DNA from: Minutocellus sp. GHC0000111
Lineage: Eukaryota
Assembly: GCA_977018835.1 (NCBI GenBank)
Contig: OZ361259.1
Location: 3,348,001 to 3,412,000, forward strand
Direction: 5' to 3'
Length of the DNA: 64,000 nt
The position numbers were made by a program, and so were the translations under genes. Positions 23,118 through 34,853 of this stretch are shown here, in pieces (position 1 is the stretch's first letter; every line of letters starts with the position of its first letter). The notes under the pieces are model-generated. The model searched no databases. It saw only the letters and a list, made by a program, of their open reading frames with translations, and was not told where the DNA came from.

Positions 23118-25523
23118 ATGAAGAAAGGCTGCGATGATGCCAGCGGTGATGCCGGAAATATCATCGATGCTCAAATTGAGGGTGAGAACCACAGTATCCC
23201 CGAGAAAGATATTGCAACCATTGTGCTGGTGGAAAAACCAGCGAAGGATACAAGTAGCTACTCCGATGAAGAAGATGGTGACGACGAAGGAGACGAACCA
23301 ATGCTCCTGCTCCCTACCATCTCGAAGCCCAAGAGAAAGAAAGTGGAGAGCAAAAAGAGCGATGCTATCGACCTCACCGATGACGAAAAGGGACTCGTAG
23401 GGACATCGTCGAAGAAGGAAAAGGAAATCGAGATCTTGGAGATTGATGATTCGCCCAGAGATGTGGCAGTGGCCAAGCCAGCCAGCGACAGGGATACAGG
23501 TATTGCCCGTCCTCCTCTGGTTGTCTATTTCCTTGCTATTGGGCGCAAGATGTCTCATCATCGTATCGAAAAGCTGGCAGAGAATCTGAGGAAGAAAGAT
23601 CCGTCCGTTGAGATTGTCGACTCATTCCGCAAGTCGGTCGGTGTCACCCATGTGGTAATTGATGAAAGTGTACCAGCAAGCGCTTCAGCTGAAGCCCTTG
23701 GTTTCGTCGATGAAAAGGGTATGGCGAAGGTGGTGAAACGACGAAAATTAAACATCGTCACTCCCAAGTGGGTATTTGACACAGATGCGTCTGAGCTGCG
23801 GTCGCCTCCAGCAATGAATTTCATTTGGCCGGGGCTAAAACATGCCATATCTAAATCGAAAAAGGAGCACCGTGCGGAAAAATCGAATTACGACGAGGAG
23901 GCCAACAAAAAGAGTGCCTTTGACGAATCAATGATGCTCTCGTACCAACCAACGGCCCAACCAGACGATACCAGCGCGTCATCCAGAGATTCGGTTGCTG
24001 AGAAGAGTGACGAGGACTTTGGATCAGTCAAAAGGGTGGCACTGTCTTCTTTGGACGATGACGACCCTGCCGCAAGGATGCTCAAACGAAAAAAGGTTAA
24101 TGCACGCCAATACCACAACATTGGCCTCTTCAACATGTTCCTCGAAGTGTCCAAGCTACATGCAGACAGTCCGGTGGAGGAGTTGGATAATTTCAAAGGC
24201 AAGCTATATGCCAAGCTCGCGTGGCGCGTCAAGTATTTTGACTTTGAGATAACGTTAGCAAATGTCGGCCGTCTCGAAGAGATTGATGGTTTCGGAAATA
24301 GCGTGATGAAAAAGGTCCGAGAATATTTAATGACCAAGACCTGTGACAAAATCACGGCCTTCAAAGAGGACCCATTGCGCGTTGCAGTGAAGAATCTCAC
24401 CGAAATTTGGGGCGTCGGTAAGAAGAAAGCACACGAGCTTGCCAGGGATGGTATCACCAATATCGACCAAGTGAGGAAAAGCCTCGATTCTGGGAGGATT
24501 GAGCTGTCTAAGAATGCTCTTCTTGGTGTCCGTTACTACGATGATCTCAAGGAAAAGATGGAGCGATCTGAAGTTGATGCCATTACAGCTGTTGTGCTAA
24601 TGGTTTGCCGCAGCATCCCTGGTCTCGAGGATGTTGTGATTACGAATCAAGGGAGTTATCGCCGGGGTGATGAGAGATGTGGCGACGCAGATTTATTACT
24701 CGTTCACCCAAAATTTGTAGACCGCTTACCGAAAGGCGGTCTTGGTGCCATCATCAACAAACTGGAAGAGCAGGGCCATGTACGTATTCACCATTTCTCG
24801 TTTTTGTTTGATCACATGGCAATAAATATCGTCTCCAACTCTTATCTTCTCACCTTCCTCAACAATTACATGTATCGGTACAACTAATTTAGATCGCTCA
24901 TCACCTCAACACCGTGGAGGGAATGCTGAGTGCTACCAAAAAGCAAACCATCAGCACGAAGAAGAAGCAAGAAACATTGATGGCTCAAGAAGAGGGCAAG
25001 GAAAAGGAAATGGACAGTGCTTACTCCTACATGAGCATTTTTCACTCTCCGGTATATAAAACAAAGGTCCGTCGGGTGGATCTAAAGTTTTATCCGTACC
25101 AAGATCGTGCCTATGTGAGTACAATGAATGTTCGCATGTGAAGCGTTCGGTTCTGTCTATGAGCATTCAGCAAGTCACCTGACCGCCTCGTTTTGCCTTT
25201 TCAACGCCCTTTTGTTTTCTCTTCTCTAGGCATCCCTCTACTTCACAGGAAATACTGCATTCAACAGAAGCCTGAGGTCGTTTGCAATGCAACGAAGAAA
25301 CCTGGGATTATCTGATCATGGTCTTTTCCCGCTCCACGACGTTGACAGGAAGAAGAAGCACACCGAACGAAGGCAATATCGTGCTGGGCGAATCCACGCC
25401 GATAGCGAGGAAGAGATCTTTGCCAAACTGGGTATTGTCTGGCGAGGGCCCACAGAACGCAAGTGCTACGACGATGTCGTTGAAATTGATGCAAGCAGTA
25501 GAACGAAGATGGAGCACCTGTGA
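23118..25523 (+). CDS. Family X DNA polymerase (pol lambda-like) with BRCT domain; introns 24780-24892 and 25115-25229
   Basis: BRCT VTHVVI...VTPKWV; HhH IDGFG and IWGVG; GSYRRG..CGDAD; RRVDL; spliced LYFTGN..FNRSLR. The start codon is uncertain. Confidence 0.92.
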
Positions 25524-25740
25524 CCAAAGCTACGTAGCTCAGGGATCTGCCTCACAACTCCATCATTCCGTCTGCGCAAGCAGATAAAGTAACATGGCTG
25601 CAGAACAACAACACTTTCTCTACATAGACTCTATGTGATCTAAACTTGAACTTGCCTACTAGCGGCATTCTTTGCTGATTTGTAATATATATTCAGTTTT
25701 AAACATATGCATCTGACTCCATGCCCTCGAAATACATTCA

Positions 25741-27426
25741 TTACCTAATAAATTTATTCACCACCCCCGCCACTGTCTTGTTTTGCCTTGACGCAAGTTT
25801 TACATAGACCACTCGACCCTGATCGGCACCATCGACAACGGTCAGGGCAATCTCTTCTCCAACGATCAGTTTCTTCATATCCTCTTTGAGATCATCACGA
25901 CTTGACACTTCTCTACCACCGATGGCTTTGATCCGATCACCAACGACGACGGAGCCGCTCGAGTTCATTTTGAGCGGCGTTAGTCCGGCCAGAGCCGCCG
26001 GCGATCCTTCCTGAACCTGAGATATGAACACGCCGGCATCTTTTGCATCCACATCTGGAAAGTACTTTTGAATCAGCGTTGTAGATAGTGCTGAACTCGC
26101 AAGATCAGCACCAAGCCATCCTGGCGCGGCACGTCCGGGATAGTTGGCAATTCTGTCGTTGGAAACAATGTCTTCGATGACACCCCTCACCTTATCAGAA
26201 GGGACTGCGAAGCCGATCCCAGCCGATGAGCCAGATGTCGTTATGATGGCGGTGTTTATGCCGATCAATTGACCCTTGCTATTCAGCAGCGGTCCACCGC
26301 TGTTTCCGGGATTAATCGCCGCGTCCGTCTGGATGCAGTTCTGAATTTTGGCACCACCGATGCTTTGCATTTCTCTGTTGAGAGAGCTAACGACCCCCGC
26401 CGAAAGAGATTGGTCTAACCCGAAAGGATTCCCGATTGCTACCACCCGCTGTCCCACCTGTTGTTGAGAGAAGAGATAGATATGAATGAATAATACGTGT
26501 GAGAATGCTTAGATGCATATATTCACGCAAACATTTCATCGCGGCCTTTGTCACATTCAGAGCCGTTCGTCACTTACCAACAATTTCGATGAAGACCCCC
26601 ACGGCACAGCCGTCAGGCTCTCACCTTCCGACAGTTCCACCTTGAGAACAGCCACGTCCAAATCTGGTCTCACGTCAACAATGCGACACAGCTGATATTT
26701 TGTACTGGAATTGATCCTCACATACACCGAAGCTCTTGGTTTGTCATCGGGTCGTTCTTTCACCTTGAGGGCACGCTTGGTTCGGTCCTCCAACGCCGAT
26801 GCAAGTGGATTGCCCGCGCCGAACGATGCCGTGACATTCCCCACGAGCTGATCGATCTGGGAATTGTACTTGCCAACTGCCGTGCTCAGTTGGTACGCAC
26901 GTTCTATGACGTGGTAGTTGGATACGATGTAACCGTCTTCGGATACGACAAATCCCGATCCCGAACCCAACGATGTACCGTCTGGCTTGATGTTCTTTTG
27001 GTCCTTTTGGCTCTTGCTTTGTTCATCTGTGCTCCTTCTTCTTCTTCGTCCTCGTCGATTGGCATTCGAACTACCACTACCACCAGCAGCAGCAACCTGC
27101 CGATTCCGAAAACTGGCAACAAAGGCCACCGAGGGACCCACCGCACGATATACGTTGATGATGGTCTTCTCTTCCTCGGAAAGGTCATCGTCCAATTCCG
27201 ATGTCGCCACGGCGAATGTTGATGATACTGATGATGATGCGGATTCGTCATTCTGTGCGGTCGCAGCACGACTTATTGCAGCTGATGATAAACTCGCATC
27301 ATGTGTCGTCGAAGCGAGTTGAGCGAAATTGGTACCAGTGCCGGCAAACGAGTCAACGCCATATCTTCCCAGAAGAACGGCTACCGTAGCGCCGAGGCGC
27401 AGGAGGAACAGCGGCGATCGCCCCAT
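25741..27426 (-). CDS. DegP/HtrA serine protease with PDZ domain, probably plastid-targeted; intron 26458-26577
   Basis: [39 protein letters not shown] and a PDZ domain; signal peptide ending ...VDS-FA. Confidence 0.93.
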
Positions 27427-27661
27427 GATGGATAAAAAAAAAATAATAATAATGACGATGCGAGATCGAGATCGAGATGACTGCGAGAGAGCAGGCAAGC
27501 TGAGCTGGCGATGGCGGCTCCGAAAAAAGAAACACCCGGAAATACTGCGAACCCAAGCATGCGAACCGAGCTTGCAGGACCCTTGCCAAAATCGCTGCGC
27601 GCCGCCATCAAAGGCGAGATGCAATACCCTGATAGAATGAAAAACTCATGCAGTTATCAAG

Positions 27662-30600
27662 ATGGGCAAGAAGTGGCTGGAGAACATTAGCCCCTCGTCT
27701 CTCTTTGGCTTCGGCGGCGGCGATGACGATTCGTCCCAAACTAACTTAGCACCACGCGAGGAGTACGAAGAAGAAGACGATTTTCTCAATCCCTTCGGAG
27801 GAAGTACTCGTCGTGATCCGAGGCATTCCAAGCGAACATACCACTCGTCAACAAAACTAGCAGGATCGTCAGCGTCGACCAATTGTAACTCTGGCGACAC
27901 GACGAGTATATGCGGTAACCTCACCGGCCTGTGGTATGACGACGACTACGATGATGGTCTCGGCGGCGGCAACAGTTGCGGCGGCGGTGCGTACGACGAT
28001 GTAAACTTGCGAGATGACCACATTATCTGTGGATGCAACACGAGGAGACAACATCGTCGTCGACGACGCAACGTGTGTCTTCTCGTGTCCATCGTCCTCG
28101 CCATTGCCGGCAGTGCCGGCTTCGTGGCGCTTGTTGCCGTGCAAAGGAAGGGTGTGGCTGCGCCATTTTCTGTTTCGGTGGGATCACAAGGAAATGCGGG
28201 CGCTTCAACTGGTGCTAATCAACAAGCTGAGGAAGAAGCACATCCAAGCACAACGGACTCATCACCGGTGCAGTCTCCGTCGATGATGATTACCCAGCGT
28301 CCATCAGCATCGCCCACAAGTAATGTGGCAATAAATATCCAAACGACAAATGACGAAACCGAGAAAGGTACTTGTCCTGCGTCCTGCGGGGTTTGCACGC
28401 TTTTCCCTTGATATCACGACGCATGACGAAAGTAACCATCGCTCTAGGTCAGGGATGGACGGGACCACCATTAAGATCCAGACGCTCCGTGCAGTCGATG
28501 TAATCCGTGTAGGAGACCGCTATGAGGTTGCCTTCCAAAGTAGAGTGGCAGATTTGGCGTTCCATCAAGGCCAAGATGAGTCCAGACAGCACGAATTCTG
28601 CCTACGAACCTACAAGTGTTATTCCGTCATCGTCGAAAATGATAATGGCGTCGCTGTGTCCGATGCGCCTCACGGAAATATGGAAGAAATGACGTGGCAG
28701 CTCCGTGCCTACACTCATCTGGGCGAGCAAACAGATCCCGTCGCCTACGGAGGGACAGATTCCAAATGCACGTTTGCCGTTACGAACAGCTACGAACTCC
28801 CAGGGGAGGCTGTCCATTGACATGCGCCACGGGTTCACCTACCAGCTCGCCAACTTCTTCTTTGCCGTCAAATCCTTCTGAAGCGTTGGAAGCAAATGGT
28901 GAAACAATTCTTGCAGATGACATGACCTACGTTCCCGGTGAGCTCACCGTATCGAAAGAGGGCCTGCTCTTATCAACCAGCCTCGATGTGAGAATCATAG
29001 CCAGATCAGGCGAGCCAGTGCAGTATATGAATCGCAATGCGACGTCGGATGAGTTATTCCATGACAGACCAGATGCGGCGGATGTTTTTGAAATACCAGA
29101 AAGTCACAAGCACTTGGGCGGAGGATGGATATATACGTCAAACTCAGAGGTTGGAGATGAAAAAGGCGGGGTTGGTTCGATATTTTTTGATCAGAAAGGG
29201 AATGTGGTCAAGTATAGGCGTGTTTTGGAAGGCACCTCGAAGAATTGTGAAGGCGGGAAAACCGCTTGGGGAACGTGGATAAGTTGTGAAGAGAAGGACG
29301 GAACAAGAAACGGAGCGATATTCGAAGTTGATCCATTTGGACGATCGCCGGGAAATTTGGACGATCGCCGGACCGTCCTTGGAGGAAAGAAGGGCGGCTC
29401 CTTTGAGTCGTTTGCTTCTGACGTTAGAGATCGAGACTCGCCTCGATTCTTTGTTACAGAAGATTATCGTGATGGTGCATTGCGGCGCTTCACCCCTTCA
29501 ATAGCCAATTGGACCAATCCAGAGAAAATGCTGCATTCGGCGGGAACAATGGAGTTCCTGGTGCTCCAACCATTAAATGATTCCGTTACCGATCAGGGCT
29601 CTTATACATGGACCACAAATTTCAACGCGGGGAAGCGGAACGCTGAGCTTTACTTTCGAAATACCGAAGGTATCTCCGTTATTGGCAATGTCCTCTATTT
29701 TGTTTCCAAGAAGCAGCATGAATTGTTTGAGCTGAATTTAAATGATAAAACTTGGAAGAAGAGGAGCACCAAATCCGTCTAGGGGTTCCTGAGATATCGT
29801 CTTTTAGGCGTTTCCAGGACTCGAGGTTTGAGGTTTAGCGGAGAGGCTACCCCTCCGTTAGTCTCCACCACCATTACCATACAGTAACAACCGCGCAAGG
29901 CAGCTCTCGGTAGTGGACGAGAGTTAGCTGGGGCGCCATAGCAGCATTTCTACTCGCGGAGAGGGACTTTGTAGCGTTCTATACGTTGCAAGTTACCTAC
30001 CTTGGTGTTAGACGCCGTGAACGAAAAGGTCCTCACCTACACTATTTCTTCGGTCGAAGTCCTCGTAGAGGACTGTAAACCTCCTACTCTCAATGTCTGG
30101 CTCTAGCTGGAGTCGGAGGGACCACAAGAGAGCCTCGAAATATTCATCCCTTTCCATCGTTACTCAGAACGTGTCGAATGTTACCGCAGGTAGAGAGACA
30201 AGTACTGGGAAACCGAAGGAAAATCAACCATTATCATACACAAAGCGGCGTGAAGCTGCTTTGCGTGCCTGCCAGCACAATAACGATGTTACGTGCTGGC
30301 AGGCAACTTTGCAAGAGAGTGACGAGGAGGAATCATACCATGGCATGGTGACACATTTCCACGGATGCGAACCGGACGACGGGAAGCATGGTGGAGTAGC
30401 GCTAATGTTGTCCAAGAAAGCAAACGCTGCTTGGATTCGTGGTGGGAGGAAGGAGATTAGGTCTGGTAAGGTCGGGAAGGCGGCTAGATACCTTGGCATG
30501 GAACTCCATGCCGTCGATAGGTGTGGCAACATTGTGAAGGTCTTCGTCGTATCTTTGTGCCTGCCGCAGAGTGGTCTGCCCATTCAGGACTATCGGGATA

Positions 30601-32304
30601 CTCTTGACAAACTGGAGGCAGATATCGATGCAGTCAAGTCCGAGGATGCAATCCTTGTGATTGGCAGCGATATTAACGCCGCTATTGGAACCAACGTCGA
30701 AGCTGGGATGGACGAGCACGACAGCCAATCCAGTAGCCCAGTAGGTCCATACGGAGCACATCACCTGAACGATCGGGGCATGGCATTCTTGGAGTGGCTT
30801 CTCAAGATGGGGCTATGTTCTATTGGTACGTTCTTTCAGAAGCCAAGCCACGTCACTTGGCAGAGCCCAAATGACAACATCAACCCAACCGAGGGTGGCT
30901 TCATGAACGACCACATCATGGCACCAAAGGCAGAAATGCGGCGTTTCGAGGGACTCAAGCACTTCGAAGGCACCGAGAGCGACCACACGGCTGTACATGT
31001 GAGGATGCGCACCGCAGGGAAGCTGCCACGGAGTAGGCTAGTCAGACAGCGACGGAAGCCCAAGCAGACAAAGCAGTCGCGGCGAGTCCCTGAACCTAGA
31101 GTCGATTGGGAGAGAATCCTCATGGTCGATGAGTTCAAACTGGAGTTCTGTGAGAAGTTCAACTTGGCCATGGCGGAATTGGGCGAGGATCCTGCTTACA
31201 GCGAGATTGTCGAGATCATGTTGGAGGCCGGTAGAGACACCGCTATGTTGACCAACCGTTCATCTAGGGCCCATTGGTTTGATTTGAGCTACGACACCCT
31301 CGTGCCCTTGATTCGAGAGAGGAATAGGGCGCAGAAAGTGTACAAGCAAAATCGGACTGAGGAGAATTGCCTTGCTCTCTCTGACACAAGGCGAAGCTTG
31401 AATCAGGCCAAGAGAGAAGCGATTCTGCGCTGGCAAGAAGCGGAGGTGACCATAGCCTGTACCATGAGGGACGGGCAGCGTGACGGATGGGCAGCCGGGA
31501 AGAGACTCATCAATCCGGAAGATGTGAACGTGACAAGAAACCAATCGGTCCGTCCGACGGCGGATGCTACTAGCGAGCATTTCAAGAACACCGTTCATAA
31601 TCGTCCGGAGGCATCCTCTTACGAGGATGGCATCGAGGATCTGTTAGACGACGTTCTCCCAGAAGGACTCGCTGATTTGGGCCAGAACATGGGCGCAGAA
31701 ACGAAACCTCAGAATGAATTCACTTCATTTTGTTGGCCCGCTACCAATTCACTTTGTTAAATCAGTTCGTTAGCAAGCTGTAGGGCGGTATCTAGACACA
31801 GACCCTTTTGTAACAATAGCATAGGCGAGGAATTGCTGCTGAAGAGCAGCACCAAGAGCGGACTATTCGGTGGTAGCCCAGACCAGCTCGTTGGGATCAT
31901 CGGAGACGAAGAGCTTGTTTACTTCACTGAAGAGGGCTTAGGGGACGAGTCGCAAGGTGATAGTGCGGCAGGTGTGCATGCTCGAGATGTTCATGGAAGA
32001 CATTTCACCATTCTGGAGAGCCACGTGCACCACGAAGAGAGTACTGGCTTGGCCTTCAGCCCCGACCACAGGCATTTGTATGTCGCATGTGAGTGACAAG
32101 CTACATATTATTGGTATTTCGTGCCAATTCAGTTACTTGCCTGTCAATGCTTAAGATTTCTCACCTTTCTCGACCCTTTTTCACCTTTTTGCAGATCAAA
32201 AGAATGGGTTGATTTTTGATGTGTGGAGAAAGGACGGAGGCAGCTTCAGTGGGAGAGAGATCGATGTAAAGTACCACGCGACTGGTACGACCGGTGTTGT
32301 TTGA
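27662..32304 (+). pseudogene. Membrane-anchored PhoX/DUF839 alkaline phosphatase, frameshifted and interrupted by a LINE
   Basis: YTSNSE, NCEGGKTAWGTWISCEE, FESFA, VTED, NTEGI, then after the insert GLFGGSPDQ, YFTEE, ESTGLAFSPD. Intron 32089-32194 restores AYQ...DVKYH. Frameshifts near 28400 and 28810. Confidence 0.88.
29778..31835 (+). mobile_element. Non-LTR retrotransposon (APE endonuclease, single-ORF/RTE-like) lacking the RT domain
   Basis: A ~315 bp 5' UTR precedes ORF 30093-31760, which has GVALML, IGSDINA, LNDRG..FLEW, TFFQK...TW, NDH and ESDH, then the WF...LI..RN linker. Similarity stops near 31690, before RT. Confidence 0.85.
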
Positions 32305-32372
32305 TTTTAGAGAGTTAGAGATTGGTCGCAACGTCTACGGTACATAACATTCAAAAAACAAAAACAAAAAAC

Positions 32373-32428
32373 CTTGCTTCCAACACCGAACTGCCGAACC
32401 ACCGAAAAAATCTTGCTTCCAACACCGA
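32373..32428 (+). repeat. 17 bp direct repeat x2 (CTTGCTTCCAACACCGA), period 39
   Basis: Copies at 32373 and 32412. Confidence 0.8.
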
Positions 32429-32880
32429 CCTCATTTTTAAACAATAATTAGGACATTGGTATGATGGTTTGGAAAGTTTGTTTTTCTATATTCTTTACAA
32501 AATGTTGATATGATGCTGCTTTTGCCTGCCTGGCCGCCGCCGACGCGACTGACTCGCAGGAGCCTGATGAGACTTGGATGCTTCGGCCGGCATTGAAAGA
32601 GCAGTCATCGAAGCCGGGCGTCACAATACAAAAGAACCCCAAAACACAGCCCAAGCAAATAATTATCACAATAGTAGGTGAATGAATCCTCGTAATTCAA
32701 TGTGGATTGGCCAGATGGGTGACGATTCGCTGCAATAATCCACATTCGAATAAAATCATCAAATCTCACACGGCTACTTTGACTTTCCTTCGATGATATC
32801 TTCTATTATTCCACCCTTCCTCATGCATTCCTCGAGTAGCAAAAATACGAACCGAACTCAGAGCGTCAAAATAAATCAGC

Positions 32881-34574
32881 ATGGACCCAGAGGGCAACTA
32901 CGAGAGCCGCCTCAGCTACACCACCAAGTCGAGCCGCGATGTCAATGATGGTGACCTACTAGGCCTACATGTAAGCGAGGCGCCCCAGGATCCTATCAAT
33001 TCCACCAATAACAAGCCATTCGACGACGAAGGACTCAGCGCCTCGGATCACAAGCACGAAGAAAAGGAGCGAGCTTACGATTACTTTGGTGCTTCGGCCC
33101 CTCCTTTGCCGGGAGTGCCAGTGCCCGTCGAGAATACATGTAGCCCATCGCCGCCAGAAGCTGCAGAGGAAGATACTCGCATGCCAAGTCCTCTTGCCAA
33201 CCGAGAAGTGAAGGCCCTTTCACCACCGGATGAGCCTGTTCTCAATAGTGTGGTCGTTCCAATCAACGCAGGAACTATTGATGCACTTCCAGTCGCACTT
33301 CCCATCGTTACTAATGCCACAGGAGGTTTTGACGCCACGATACCTCTTCCCAACGAGTCGCCGGAGACTGCTCAGCCGTCATCGGATGAAAATCAAGCAG
33401 CCGAGAAGCAGATCAGGACGAAAAGTAAGACGTGCTCAACAAAAAAGATAATCCTATTATGTCTCGTCGTGGTCCTAGTAGCTGGACTTGCAGCTACAAT
33501 TTCCATTCTTCTGTGGCCTGATCAATGCCCCGATGACCAGCAGGAGGACCCATACATTTACAATAGCGACGACGAAGAAGAAACAATAGAACCAAGCCCC
33601 ACCGAGGAACCAACATATGAGAGCACCGCCGAAACAACACCTGGTACTACCATTTCAGTTACTTCATGTTCCAAAGATGTCAAATTATGCAGTGACGGTA
33701 GCTCTGTGCCTCGCGATCCTTCCAACAATTGTTCTTTTCGCCCTTGTCCAGTGGTGCCCATTCCATCTTGCACGGTCAATGGGCATAAATATTCTATCGG
33801 CGATGTTTATGCAGCTTCCGATGGATGCAATACATGTGCCTGTATTGGAAATGGAGAGATAACCTGTACAACAACAGTGTGTCCTCGAGATGATGATCTA
33901 AAACCAGAACTACCAGAAAAACCAGATGTCCCTGAGCCAGACATCGCATGCCCCGCAGATGTGCGCTCATGTAATGATGGAAGTTTTGTATCGCGCGACC
34001 CTGCCAACAACTGTATTTTTCACCATGCCCAGTGATACCTATTCTATCCTGCACGGCCAACGGCCAGATTTGCAATGTGGGAGAGGTCTATTCTGTGGAC
34101 TGCAATACTTGCGCTTGCGTTGGAAATGGAAACATTGTGTGCACAACGATGATCTGCCCTCGACCGGAAGAACCAGAACAAGAACCAGACGAGAAGCCAA
34201 GCAAGAAAGAAATGTATATCGCTTATTATAATACCAACAATCGTGACGGCAAAATGGACTGCTGCGATAGGAAATCTCAAGCATGCTGCCGTTGCTGCAA
34301 GGATGAGTGCGCAATGAAAGAAAAGGGTGACCTTGATGACATTCCATCCTGCAAAAGAGAGTGTCGAGAGTACTATGGCCGAGACACTTGCAGCAAAGGT
34401 GACGAGGGCCCCTTTGATTGCTGTACGTCACAGTCGAGATCGTGTTGCCGGTGTTGCATGGATGAATGCGGCAAAAGGTACAAGGGTGATTTGGATCTCA
34501 TAGAACAATGCATCCGTTGGGTATACAGAGATTCTTACTATGGTGTCCGAGACCCAGACGTCTGTAAAGAATGA
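32881..34574 (+). pseudogene. Single-pass membrane protein with Cys-rich repeats (pacifastin/VWC-like), frameshift near 34020
   Basis: TM IILLCLVVVLVAGLAATISILLW. Two copies of [C..DV..C.DGS.V.RDP.NNC.F.PCP + C..NG...CNTCAC.GNG.I.CT...CP] and two of DCC...S..CCRCC.DEC. The second PCP is out of frame. Confidence 0.75.
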
Positions 34575-34853
34575 TATCCCTCGAGGATTGATTTCTATCT
34601 GTCTGCTAAATGCCCGCCATTCTCAGTGTACCTTGCAATACGCCAATAGTTTTCATTTTGGTAAATATTGTGTACGCCGTGATCCAATAGTAGCGAGGGT
34701 TTCCCATCAAGATATCTCATGAGAAGGTTATCCAATGACGCAGTGGCTGGTTGGTCCCGGGGATGGATCCATGGTCCCGTATTCTCTCTCTCAGCAGTGA
34801 CGGCCCGTATTAGAGTAGATCTACAAACAAAACCTTCTTCTTATCATAACATT

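Noticed and set aside
32373..32428. CRISPR-like direct repeat
   Set aside because: Only two 17 bp copies, no cas genes, eukaryotic context.
32696..32750. Inverted repeat AATGTGGATT...AATCCACATT as a MITE
   Set aside because: Too short, with no TSD or second copy in the window.
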